Source: an uncultured Gemmatimonadales bacterium (GTDB lineage Bacteria > Gemmatimonadota > Gemmatimonadetes > Gemmatimonadales > Gemmatimonadaceae). Taken from it: DNA of 64,000 nt. Both the position numbers and the translations under genes were made by a program. The notes below the pieces were generated by a model, which searched no databases, was not told the origin of the DNA, and saw only the letters and a program-made list of their open reading frames with translations. Shown here piece by piece: positions 50,188-60,619 of the stretch; within the stretch, counting starts at the first letter, position 1; every line of letters starts with the position of its first letter. The DNA is taken from positions 832,001-896,000 of the forward strand of contig CAWBZV010000003.1 in assembly GCA_963793305.1 (NCBI GenBank), read 5' to 3'.

Positions 50188-50191
50188 TGAT

Positions 50192-51940
50192 ATGAATCAG
50201 CCGTCGCCATCGTTAGCGATTCGATTGTTGGCCCGCGTCAGTGGGGCGGCGGCGATCGTGGTGGCGTTCGCTGGTCTGCTCGACCTGCTGCTCTGGCGGC
50301 TCGGCAGCGCGCCGCTCGTCGAATCGACAACGCAATTGAGCCTGCCGCTCCCCACCACGGCGCTGGGGATCACGGCGATCGGTATCTCGCTCTGGCTCGG
50401 CCGATCCGACGACGTCCCGCGATGGTCGATCATCGCCTCGCGCATCGTCGCGGCGCTCGCGGTGGCGTGGGCCGTGGTATTCCTCGTCGAGTGGATCGCC
50501 ACCATCGACCTGGGCGCCGATAAGCTGCTCTTCGCGGACCGGCTTCGCCCGGCCACGGGGCATCCCCCCGGACGGCCGTCTATCTCGGTCGCGGTCACCC
50601 TGGCGCTACTCGGGTCGGCCCTCATTGCGCTCCATGCCGATTCGCCGATTGCGCATATGACCACGCGCGTCGGGACGGCGCTCGCGCTGCTCATCACGTT
50701 CACGATCCTCGTGAGTCATGTGAACGGGGCGCGAGATTATTATCACGTGTACCCGGTCGGCGACATGGCCCTCGTCTCAGCGCTGGCGCTGGGATTCGCC
50801 GCGCTGGGAGTGCTGCTCGTCAGACCCGCGGTCCGAGGTGGGCTCTCCTCGATTTTGATCGACGAAGCCGCGGGCGGTGTCCTGGCGCGGCGACTATTGC
50901 CCGTCGCCATTCTCGTCCCGATGGTCCTGGGCCGCCTATGGCTGTCGGGCGCGGTTGCTGGATGGTACGATCCGAAAGGGGGCGCCTCGCTCTTCGTCGT
51001 CGCCAGCACGGTCGTGCTCGTCTGGGCCGTCGCGCGCAGCGCCCATGTCGTGCACGCGACCGACGTCCAGCGCTCACGCCTTCTCGTCCGCGAGCAAATG
51101 GCGCGCGAGGAAGCCGAGCGGGCGAATCAGGCGAAGGGCAATTTCTTGGCGGTCATGTCGCACGAATTGCGCACGCCGCTGTCGGCCATCATCGGATACG
51201 AAGAGCTACTCGCCGACGAGATCACCGGGCCGATCAACGATGGCCAACGTCAGCAGCTCTCGCGCATCAAGGCGAGCGCGCGCCATCTCTTGCAACTGAT
51301 CGACGAGATCCTCACGTACTCGAGGGTCGAGGTGGGGCGCGAGGCCGTTGATATCGAGACGGTGCCGCTGCAAGCGGTCATCGATGACGCCGTCGCGCTC
51401 GTCGCGCCCATGGCCGATGACAAAGGCGTGGCATTGACGTGCTCGAAGCTCGATGGCGTGACGCCGATTCGCACCGACGCGCAGAAAGTGCGTCAGATCG
51501 TCGTCAATCTCCTGTCGAATGCCGTGAAGTTCACCGCGGCCGGTGGCTCGATATCCGTGACGCTCACGATCTCGGAGCGCCGCGTGGCCATCGCGATTCG
51601 GGATTCGGGGATCGGCATTGCCGGCGAGTTCCTCGACCGGATCTTCGAGCCGTTCTGGCAAGTCGAGCAGAAGGCCACGCGTACGGCTGGCGGTACGGGC
51701 TTGGGCCTCAGCGTCTCGCGCCGCCTCGCGCGGATGCTGGGCGGGGAGATCGAAGTCGAGAGTACGGTCGGTGCCGGGAGCACGTTTATCGTGACGCTCC
51801 CGCTCGATGCCCTCAATCTCGCTCAGTCACACCCGCGCGTGCCGACTCCGACGGCGCCGCGTCCCAGCCTCTCTGATGCGCAGGTGAGTCCCCGTCGAGC
51901 CCCGGCGTCCGTGGAGTCGAGCGCGAGCGCTCGCACGTAG
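50192..51940 (+). CDS. Multi-TM sensor histidine kinase
   Basis: About 8 TM; FLAVMSHELRTP, NLLSNAVKFT, DSGIGI, GGTGLGL. Confidence 0.92.
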   Translation: MNQPSPSLAIRLLARVSGAAAIVVAFAGLLDLLLWRLGSAPLVESTTQLSLPLPTTALGITAIGISLWLGRSDDVPRWSIIASRIVAALAVAWAVVFLVEWIATIDLGADKLLFADRLRPATGHPPGRPSISVAVTLALLGSALIALHADSPIAHMTTRVGTALALLITFTILVSHVNGARDYYHVYPVGDMALVSALALGFAALGVLLVRPAVRGGLSSILIDEAAGGVLARRLLPVAILVPMVLGRLWLSGAVAGWYDPKGGASLFVVASTVVLVWAVARSAHVVHATDVQRSRLLVREQMAREEAERANQAKGNFLAVMSHELRTPLSAIIGYEELLADEITGPINDGQRQQLSRIKASARHLLQLIDEILTYSRVEVGREAVDIETVPLQAVIDDAVALVAPMADDKGVALTCSKLDGVTPIRTDAQKVRQIVVNLLSNAVKFTAAGGSISVTLTISERRVAIAIRDSGIGIAGEFLDRIFEPFWQVEQKATRTAGGTGLGLSVSRRLARMLGGEIEVESTVGAGSTFIVTLPLDALNLAQSHPRVPTPTAPRPSLSDAQVSPRRAPASVESSASART

Positions 51941-53450
51941 AAACGGCGCGCCATCTCGTAGTGCGCGGTCGCGTACTCGTGATCCGCGATCGTGCGCATC
52001 GCCGACGCCGTCCGTGGCACTCGTGGCATCGCCTGGGCATGCTGCCGGACCAAGCCGAGTGCGACGACTGACGCGGCTACCAACGCCAGGGCCGTCCCCG
52101 AGAACGCGAGCACGCGACTCTTGCGGCGTTTCGGCTTCACCGGCGGTCGTCGTACGGCGGTCGCTGGTTTCGCCGGCGGGCGCGGAGTCTGCGCGCGTGG
52201 CGTGATCGGCAGCGGGGCCGGCGCCACGGCGGTAGCGGCGAATGCCGGTGCCGAGGCTGGCATTGGCGTCAACGGCAGCGGCGTGGTCGGGGCTGACGCG
52301 GCTTTGGCCGTTTTGGCCGAAATGCGACGTGACGCTGATGAGGGTCGCGGGGTGTGCCCGACCGGTGTCGGCTCGGGAGCGGCGGGCGTGCCTGCCGCGG
52401 GCGTAGCCCCCGACACCCGCGCACCGGAGGTCCGCGGCCGGGGCGCCGTGCCGCGCACCATGGAGCGCAGCAGCGTCTCACCGGCGGCGCGATCAGCGTC
52501 CGTCTGGCGGATTGCGTCGAGCGTCGTCACGAGCTCCTGCGTGCTCGCGAAGCGCTTCGCCGGATCTTTCTCGAGCAAGCGCAGCACCGCCACCGTGAGC
52601 GCCGCGGGCGAATCGGGCCGCATGCAGCGAGTAGTCGGCGACCGGCGTGAACCAATGGTGCTGGATGATCTCGGGCAGCGAGTCCCCGTCGAAGGGCACG
52701 CTTCCCGTGATCATCTGGTAGGCCACGATGCCGAGAGAGTACTGGTCGGACTGGGGACCAACGGGTTTCCCGGCGCACTGCTCGGGGCTCATGAAATGCG
52801 GAGTCCCGATCATGGCACCCGTCGCCGTCAGGGTGCCGGATTCGACGGCGCGCGCGATGCCGAAATCGGACACGACGACTTTCGCGTCGCGGTCGACGAG
52901 GATGTTCGCGCCCTTGATGTCCCGATGGATGATCCCATGCTCGTGCGCGAAGGCCAGCGCCGCGGCGGCCGAACGGAGCACGATGAGGATGACGGGGAGC
53001 GGCAGCGCGCCGTACGCATCGAGAACGGCATCCAGCGGCTTCCCGTCGATGAACTTCATCGCCATGTACATGATCCCGCCCGCCTGGCCCACACGGTACA
53101 CCGGGATCACGTTCGGATGATCGAGCGACGCCGCGAGGCGTGCTTCGCGCTTGAATCGGTCGGCGACTGAGCCGACGGGTCCCAGCTCGGGCGGGAGCAC
53201 CTTGAGCGCGACCGGCCGGTCGAGCTCGATCTCTCGCGCTTTGTACACGATCGCCATGCCACCGCGGCCGAGCTCGCGCTCGAACGTCGTATTCGGCGGC
53301 CAGGCCCCGTTTCAGGGTATTGAGGAGCCGTTCGGACTCAGTCCCGCCCAGGGCAAGCGTCGACCCTTCGGCGTTCGTCACGGGCTGGCCGCAGGCGACG
53401 CAGAACTTCGAGTTTGCCGAGACGAGGGTGCCGCACTGAGCGCAGAACAT
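51823..53450 (-). CDS. Zinc-ribbon Ser/Thr protein kinase with TM and C-terminal TPR-like repeat; +1 frameshifts near 53283 and 52625
   Basis: CAQCG..CVACG; GRGGMA, VALK, HRDIKGAN, DFG, FMSPEQ; Pro/Ala linker; TM. Confidence 0.9.
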
Positions 53451-53492
53451 GTCTACTGATGAGACTAGGGTCTTCCGTATGGCGTCACGGAG

Positions 53493-54167
53493 TCAGGCGT
53501 CGTTAAGTGCCAGCGTCCGCAGGGTTTCGTCGTCCAATCGGTGGCCCCCCTCGAACTCGATTGCCGTAAACGACTTATCCGCGGCCTTGAGCGCGGCCTT
53601 TTGCCGCGCCACCCGTTCCGGAGTGGCGTATTCGTCGCGCGACCCGAGCACGAAGACCATCTCCGCTCGACGGAGCGCCGTGTCGGCGCCGAGCGGCACA
53701 TCGTCGGGGATGTATCCGGCCCAGAATATGGCGCGATCGACCGGGAGGCGGGTGTGCGACAGCCAGCGGGCTACGGTCGCCGCGCCCTGCGAGAATCCCA
53801 GCACGGTGACGCGGACCGTGTCGCGGGCGACCTCGCGGAAGATCGTGGCGTAGAGCGTGTCGAGATACGTGATCTGGTCGGTGATCTCGCTCGCCCGGTC
53901 TTCTTTCGTCATCCACGTCGCCCCGACGCCGGAGGTCTGGGATGCGCCCGGTCGGGTGTCGTGGTAATACCGGTTCAGCGCCTCGGGTGCGACGATGAGG
54001 TGCGCGCCGTCGTCGACCGCCGTGCATCGGGCGATGAACTCGCTGGCCAGCTGCCCATACCCGTGGCAGACGATCCAGACCGCGCGCGTCTCCGGCCCCA
54101 CGGCGCCCAGCGTGTAGTAGCGCGCCGTGCGCGGGACGGTTACGTGGTGCTCGTGCGGGGTTCCCAT
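53493..54167 (-). CDS. Phospholipase/carboxylesterase-type alpha/beta hydrolase
   Basis: HGYGQ, GFSQG, GSRDE, GGH. Confidence 0.88.
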   Translation of the reverse strand: MGTPHEHHVTVPRTARYYTLGAVGPETRAVWIVCHGYGQLASEFIARCTAVDDGAHLIVAPEALNRYYHDTRPGASQTSGVGATWMTKEDRASEITDQITYLDTLYATIFREVARDTVRVTVLGFSQGAATVARWLSHTRLPVDRAIFWAGYIPDDVPLGADTALRRAEMVFVLGSRDEYATPERVARQKAALKAADKSFTAIEFEGGHRLDDETLRTLALNDA

Positions 54168-54883
54168 TCGGGCACGAAGTTGAACCCTTTGAGCACGAGT
54201 GCGCCCCTGCGTCCTTGCTTTGGATCCAGGACGTAGGTCGTGAGCGAGCCGTTGGCGACTTCTTCGCCCTGGTCGAGGGCGAGCAGCTCGCCCTCGGTCA
54301 TGTGCTCGAGGATGTAGCGAAAGCAGAGGACGACGACCGAGTGCGCGACGATGAGCAGCCGCTCGCCGGGATACTCGTGCGAGATCGTGTCGATCAGGGT
54401 GCGTAAGCGCAGAATGACATCGGTCCAACTCTCGCCGCCGGGTGGCCGATGATAGAACTTGCCGAGGAAGCGCCGCAGCGTGGCTTGCTCGGGTTGGCGC
54501 GCGACAATGCCATCCCCGGTGAGGCCATCCAGCACGCCGAACTCTTTCTCGCGCAGGCGCTCGTCGATCCAGATGGGCACGTGATCGAAGCCCGCGGCCG
54601 ACACCAGGATGGTCGCCGTGCGGTGCGCCCGCTCGTAGGGCGAGGTGAGCAGCATGGACGGCTGCTCGTCTGGCGGTTGCGCGCGGAACCAGTGGCCGAG
54701 TGCGGCGGCTTGTTGCTCGCCGCGTGGTGAGAGGGGGACGTCAACGTCGCGAATGTCGATCCCGGTCGAGAGACGCCGCGCCGCGAGCGCGGCTTCGCGC
54801 GCGATGTTGCCCGCGCTTTCGCCGTGGCGGACGATCCAGAGGACCGTTGGCCAGATCTCGCTAGGGTCGTGAAGCGGACTCAC
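54140..54883 (-). CDS. Histidine phosphatase (phosphoglycerate mutase family)
   Basis: VRHGES, SPYERA, LREKEFG, PGGES, VAH. Confidence 0.92.
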   Translation of the reverse strand: MSPLHDPSEIWPTVLWIVRHGESAGNIAREAALAARRLSTGIDIRDVDVPLSPRGEQQAAALGHWFRAQPPDEQPSMLLTSPYERAHRTATILVSAAGFDHVPIWIDERLREKEFGVLDGLTGDGIVARQPEQATLRRFLGKFYHRPPGGESWTDVILRLRTLIDTISHEYPGERLLIVAHSVVVLCFRYILEHMTEGELLALDQGEEVANGSLTTYVLDPKQGRRGALVLKGFNFVPEWEPRTSTT

Positions 54884-55455
54884 CGCCGAAGCATAACCCG
54901 CCGTTCCGCGATGATCACGCGGGTCACCGTGAGCGCCGCCCGGATGGTGAGCACGAGTCCCAGGACGGCGGCCACGTCCGCGAAGTTGAACACGACCTCG
55001 TGCCCGTTGCCCGGGCTCCAGGCGACGAAGTCGATGACTCCGCGGGGCGACGTGATCAAACTGAACAAGTTGCCGGCGGCGGCGCCGGCGATGAGGCCGA
55101 GCATGACTGGCGACAGCTTGTCGATAATCGCCAGCGGGCGACAGAGGATGCCGGCCAGGACGAGTGCGATCAACGTCAGCGCGACGTTGATCTGCCAGGT
55201 GTAGGGGCCGATCGAGATGCCGAGCGCGGACTGATCGTTGTGCGCGAGCACGAGTCGCATGGTTCCGGCGACGAGCTTGATCTCCCGCTGCCCATCGAGA
55301 TAGTGCGCCGCCAAAGCCTTGGTCGTCAGGTCGACCGCGACCACGATCGCGGCGCAGATGGCGAATGTTCGTATCGGTCGCCGCGGAGTAGGCGCGGTGA
55401 CGAGCGGCTGGGACGCCGTAATGCGGCGGTGCCAGATAGGGGTGAGGCGACGCAT
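54880..55455 (-). CDS. lspA: Lipoprotein signal peptidase II family protein
   Basis: DLTTK, HNDQSALG, GN, GVIDF, FNFAD (both catalytic Asp present). Confidence 0.8.
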   Translation of the reverse strand: MRRLTPIWHRRITASQPLVTAPTPRRPIRTFAICAAIVVAVDLTTKALAAHYLDGQREIKLVAGTMRLVLAHNDQSALGISIGPYTWQINVALTLIALVLAGILCRPLAIIDKLSPVMLGLIAGAAAGNLFSLITSPRGVIDFVAWSPGNGHEVVFNFADVAAVLGLVLTIRAALTVTRVIIAERRVMLRR

Positions 55456-55579
55456 CCGACGCGAATTACGCAGGGCGCGTACCGCGCCACCGCTCCCAGT
55501 AACACTCTGCGGCATCAGGAGTTACAATCGGTCTACATGACCGGCGCCTGTAGCGCGTACACGACAAGTAGATTCGGCC

Positions 55580-56119
55580 ATGCGCTATTGCGTTTTCTGT
55601 GGCTCGAACAGCGGAACCAGGCCGAGCTATGCCGCAGCCGTTGCGGATCTCGCCAGGTGTCTCGTGGCCGACCGAATTGGGATCGTCTACGGCGGTGGTA
55701 ACGTTGGCCTTATGGGTGTATTGGCCGACGCCGCATTGGCTGCAGGCGGTGAAGTCGTGGGCGTGATCCCCCGAATGCTGGTGCAAAAAGAAATAGCGCA
55801 TCGGGGACTCAGCGAGTTGCTAGTCGTTGGCTCGATGCACGAGCGCAAAGCACTCATGGCCGACTTATCCAATGCGTTCATCGCCGCGCCGGGCGGCTAC
55901 GGAACGCTCGACGAGTTTTGCGAGATCTTGACCTGGACCCAACTCGGACTGCAGAAGAAGCCGGTCGGCATTCTGAATGTCGACGGCTACTTCGATCGGT
56001 TGGTGTCCCTGTTCGATCACGCCGTGACCGAACAATTCGTCAAGCCAATGCATCGCGACATGATCGTGACCAATGACACCCCTCAATCACTGATTGCTCG
56101 GATGCGTGTGCCCGGCTAG
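55580..56119 (+). CDS. LOG family nucleotide 5'-monophosphate phosphoribohydrolase
   Basis: VFCGS, YGGGNVGLMG, MHERK, PGGYGTLDE. Confidence 0.93.
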   Translation: MRYCVFCGSNSGTRPSYAAAVADLARCLVADRIGIVYGGGNVGLMGVLADAALAAGGEVVGVIPRMLVQKEIAHRGLSELLVVGSMHERKALMADLSNAFIAAPGGYGTLDEFCEILTWTQLGLQKKPVGILNVDGYFDRLVSLFDHAVTEQFVKPMHRDMIVTNDTPQSLIARMRVPG

Positions 56120-56130
56120 TCTCTCTCGTC

Positions 56131-56643
56131 ATGTCATTGACGAAGCGAGTTCCAACGATCCAGCCGTACGTGATCAAGACGTCGAAGATCCAGGGCAAGG
56201 GCGCCTTCGCGACGCGTCTCATCCGGAAGGGCGCGCGCATCGCAGAGTACTTGGGCGAGCGCATCTCCCACGAGGAGGGCGACCGGCGCTATGACGACGA
56301 CAAGATGAAACGGCACCACACGTTTCTGTTCGTGGTCAATAAGAAAATCGTGATCGATGCGGGCACGGACGGGAACGATGCCCGGTTTATCAATCACTCG
56401 TGCGACCCCAACTGTGAGGCGGTCATCGAGGATCGGCGCGTGTTCATCGACGCGCTGCGCACGATTCGGCCCGGCGACGAGCTGGCGTACGACTACCAGT
56501 ACGATCGCGACGACGCGACCGGGTGGGGGAAAGAGGCCGATGCGCAGTACCCCTGTCATTGCGGGGCCGAAAAGTGCCGGGGCACGATCCTTCTGCCCCA
56601 AAAGAAGAAGCGGAAGCCACGCAAGAAGGTGAAACAGGCTTAG
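56131..56643 (+). CDS. SET-domain protein-lysine methyltransferase
   Basis: GKGAFA, RFINHSCDPN, ELAYDY, post-SET CHCGAEKCRG. Confidence 0.93.
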   Translation: MSLTKRVPTIQPYVIKTSKIQGKGAFATRLIRKGARIAEYLGERISHEEGDRRYDDDKMKRHHTFLFVVNKKIVIDAGTDGNDARFINHSCDPNCEAVIEDRRVFIDALRTIRPGDELAYDYQYDRDDATGWGKEADAQYPCHCGAEKCRGTILLPQKKKRKPRKKVKQA

Positions 56644-56654
56644 GTTTCACCCTT

Positions 56655-58746
56655 ATGCGCCGCATCCTTGCGATATCCATACTGGTAGCCGGCTGCGCCC
56701 ATTCGCGCCCCGCGTCTCAACAACCCGCACCCGAAAGCCAAGCGGTCGCGGTGAAACAGAATGCCACCCGACACGATCCGCCCCGAGGGCATGCATGCGC
56801 GCATGCACGCGGCTCCGGTGGTCGATATTCGCTCGGACCCGTTCTACTCGATGAACCGGATGGACTGGCCTGGCCCGAACGTCTATCGCGACGCCTCGGG
56901 TTCGCCCGGGCCGAGCTATTGGCAGCAACGGGCTGACTACTCGATCCGCGCGACGCTGGACACGGCCGCGCAGCGGGTGAGCGGCAATGTGATCGTCACC
57001 TACACGAATAACTCGCCGGACACGATGCGGTTCGTGTGGATGCAGGTGGACCAGAACATCTATCGCCAGTCGAGCGAAGGGAACGCGCTGTACTCGGCCG
57101 ACACGCGCACGGCAGCGGGCGCGTTTGACGGCGGATACACGTTTACCGAAGTCGCGGTGAATGGCACTCCAGTGACGCCGCATATCGACGACACCATGAT
57201 GCGGCTCGACCTCCCGTCGTCGCTGCCTCCTCACGGCGGCAAGATCACTATCACGATCAAGTACGCCTTCAAAGTGCCGGAGCATGGCTCGGATCGCATG
57301 GGCCGTGATGGGCCGTTGTACGAGATCGCCCAGTGGTATCCGCGCATGGCGGTGTACGACGACGTTCGGGGATGGAACGTCGATCAGTATCTCGGCCAAG
57401 GCGAGTTCTATCTCGAATATGGCGATATCGACTACGCGGTAACCGTTCCCGCGGGCTACACCGTTGCGGGTAGCGGCGTACTCGAGAATCCGGCTGACGT
57501 GTTGACGGCAGCAGAGAGACAACGACTCGCCAAGGCCTTCACGACCAAGGACGTCGTGCAGATCATCACGACGACCGAGGCGGCGCCCAAGGTGACCGCC
57601 GGCACCAAGACGTGGCGATTCCGCGCGAGGAACGTTCGGGACGTCGCGTGGGCCGGGGCGCCGGATTTTCGGTGGGACGCGACGAGCGTACACGGGATTC
57701 TGTGCCAGGCGTACTACGAGGAGCCCAAGGCAGGGGCCGAGTGGGAGCAGGCGGCCGAGAATACGCAGTGGACGATCGGGACGTACTCGGAGCTTTTGTA
57801 CCCATTCCCGTATCCACAGGCGACCGCGGTCGCTGGTCCCGTCGGCGGCATGGAGTATCCGATGTTCGTGATGGACGGCTACACGAACGCCGAGCTACCG
57901 GGCGACGTGTTCCGTACCAACGATCACGAGCACGGGCACGAGTGGTTCCCCATGATCGTCGGTTCCAACGAGCGGCGTTATGCGTGGATGGACGAAGGCA
58001 TCAACACGTATATCAACGCGTTCTCGCAGGAGCGTCGCTACGGGAGCGACCCCACGCAGTGGCCGCGGGGGATGAGCAACTTCTTCGCGTTCCTCGGCGA
58101 CTGGTATGCGGCGAACAAGGCCGGCATTGATAACCCGCTCATGAACCGGCCCGATCACTTCGCCGACCAGGACGTCTTGGGCGTCGAGGGCTACCAGAAA
58201 CCTGGCGCCGTTCTCCTCGCGCTTCGCGATCATGTCGTTGGGGCCGAGTCGATGGATCGCGCGATGCGCGAGTACGTCCATCGGTGGGCGTTCAAGCATC
58301 CCACGCCGGGCGACTTTTTCCGGACCGTCGAAAATGTCGCGGGCAAAGATCTGTCGTGGTTCTGGAGATCGTTCTTCTACACGACCGATGTGCTGGATAT
58401 CGGCATTGACTCAGTGAATACGAAGCCGGCAGATGACGGGCGGTTAATTGCTTCGGTGCAACTGCAGCGGCACACGTCGGTCGTGTTCCCGGTCGAGCTG
58501 AGGCTGGCGCTGGCCGACGGGTCGACGAAGGACATCACGCTGCCGGTCGATATCTGGTCGCGCGGCATGACCTTCACGGCCGAGATTCCGGTGTCGGCCG
58601 AGGTCAAGGGAGCGCGGCTCTGGCCCGATCGGTCGTCGATCCCTGACATGAACCCCAAGAACGACACCTGGGGTATGCCACCGGCTGGCGACCCACCCCA
58701 TCCGGCGACGGTTGGCGGTCTAGCGCCCGTGTTCTCGGCCCGCTGA
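56655..58746 (+). CDS. M1 family zinc aminopeptidase lipoprotein; +1 frameshift near 56760
   Basis: MRRILAISILVAGC lipobox in one frame; GGMEYP, HEHGH and WMDEG in the next. Confidence 0.9.
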
Positions 58747-58758
58747 TATTACGGACCT

Positions 58759-58926
58759 ATGGCTTACGTCCCATTCAAGAAAGGCGGCTGGGGCTTCGCG
58801 GCGTTTATCTCGATCCTGACGATCGCAATGTACGTGAGCGCCTATGAGATCCACCAGGCGACGTATCGGTCGCCGCGTGACCCGACCACCCTCGGCGCGA
58901 TCAGCCACAATCATGCGAGTCCGTGA
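58759..58926 (+). CDS. Small single-TM protein (55 aa, MAYVPFKKGGWGFAAFISILTIAMYVSAYEIHQATYRSPRDPTTLGAISHNHASP)
   Basis: Translated by hand (below the ORF-track cutoff); fills the gap after the M1 peptidase; positive-inside TM pattern; GC3-rich codons. Confidence 0.7.
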   Translation: MAYVPFKKGGWGFAAFISILTIAMYVSAYEIHQATYRSPRDPTTLGAISHNHASP

Positions 58927-59164
58927 GCTGATCGCCGCCCTGCAGAAGAGCAACCCGGACTCGGTGGTCATGGTGCCTGGGTTCGATGGCGGCTTCCAGG
59001 TCGCGGAGTTCGTGCATCCCGAACGGCTGCGGAGGTCGGTCGACGAGTCCGGGTACGAGTGCTACGGGACGACCAATGGGCGTCCCGACCCCGGCAACGA
59101 GTATCTGATCATCGAGCCCGAGCCTGGTGTAGAAGCGGTAGATCAACCCAAAAAGTTGTCTTGA
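58913..59164 (+). CDS. Hypothetical protein (83 aa, MRVRELIAALQKSNPDSVVMV...)
   Basis: Overlaps the upstream small ORF by 14 nt; coding-like codon usage. Confidence 0.65.
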   Translation: MRVRELIAALQKSNPDSVVMVPGFDGGFQVAEFVHPERLRRSVDESGYECYGTTNGRPDPGNEYLIIEPEPGVEAVDQPKKLS

Positions 59165-60619
59165 CGCCGGGCTCGGACTCGAACCCGATCCGTCCGTCGT
59201 GTTGCTCCACGATCGCCTTGGCGATCGCCAGGCCAAGCCCCGTTCCACCGCGCTGACGGTTGTCGGCGCCATCGAGCTGCTGGAACCGCCGAAATAGCTT
59301 CTCTTTGTCCGCGGTCGGAATCCCTTGCCCGGGATTCTCGACCGCGAATCGCACCCGCTCGTTTGTCGCCGTCACGGTGACACTGACGGCCGAGCCCGTC
59401 GGCGAAAACTTGATCGCGTTCGACACGAGATTGGTCAGCACTTGCACGATGCGATCACGATCCGCATGCACGGTTGGTGTCGCTTCGATCGTTTGCTCCA
59501 GCCGAATGCCATAGACCACGGCCATGCCGGCAATGCCATCGAGCGTCGCCCGCACGACATCCGCTGGCGCGAGATCGACGAGATCGAGCGACAACACACC
59601 GGCCTCGATCTTGTCGAGATCGAGCATGTCGTTGATGAGCCGAATCAACCGCTCGCAATTCTCGCGCGCCACGTGCACCAGGTCGATCCCCTTATCACTC
59701 AACTCCCCGGTCACACCAGCTTCGAGCAACCCGAGCGCTCCCCGAATCGAAGTCAATGGCGTCCGCAGCTCGTGTGAGACCGTCGACACAAACTCGTTCT
59801 TCATGCGATCGAGCTTCTTCCATTCGCTTAAGTCCCGCATGATGGTCGACAGAAACCACACGCCGCCTTGCGCCGAGGGATGCGCCACCAGCACCTGCGA
59901 AACGGGAAGGTCGGCCCCATCCGCCGCCCGCACGAGCGTCTCGCCGCTCCAGTGTCCCTCTCGCAGCGCAACAGGCACCGCGATTTCCCACATCTGATGC
60001 GGCACCGGCGGCGCGTTGCCGAGCACGCGGCGCGCGGCGTGATTCAAGTACACGAACGTCACCGGCCATCGTATAAATCGCTACGAGATCGACGGTCGCC
60101 TCGAGCGTCGCGACTAGGCGGCGCTGGGCATCCTCGGCGCGACGCTGCTCGGTGACGTCGCGGAACCCGCCGTGTGGCCCCGTGAGATATCCCTCGACGA
60201 CAAGTCGCCGCCCGTCTTTCTTGGCGAACACGCTATCGTGCGGCACCCTTTCGCCGGTCGCCGCGCGCTCCAGCGCCCGCCGGAACGCGTCCCGGTGCTC
60301 GGGCACGACAACGTCGAAGACGTTCTCCGTGGCGCCGAGCGAATCCCGCCAGGCTCGGTTCGTGTACAACAGTCGCCCGTCGCGAGCGGCAATGTCAGAT
60401 GAGATCCCCGGATGCATCGAGCATGAGCTCGAGCTGCACGGCGAGATTCAGCTTCTCGGCGTCGAGCCGCGCTTGCTCCAGGACCGTGCTGCCAACCCGA
60501 AGCGAGGGACCGTCCCCTTCAATGCGGACGTCGTACTCGTCATCGTCGACGACACGGTACTGCGGCCCCAGCAGTGCGCGCGCACGCTCCGCGTCGACGA
60601 GCCGAACGCGAATGATCAC
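59109..60619 (-). CDS. PAS-PAS sensor histidine kinase; +1 frameshifts near 60397 and 60058
   Basis: Three consecutive ORF pieces; FVSTVSHELRTP, NLVSNAIKFS, GGTGLGL; 4-nt overlap with the upstream TPR gene. Confidence 0.85.

Noticed and set aside
53455..53495. Hammerhead ribozyme (CTGATGA followed by a short stem)
   Set aside because: The required GAAA after stem II is absent, and stems I and III cannot be formed.
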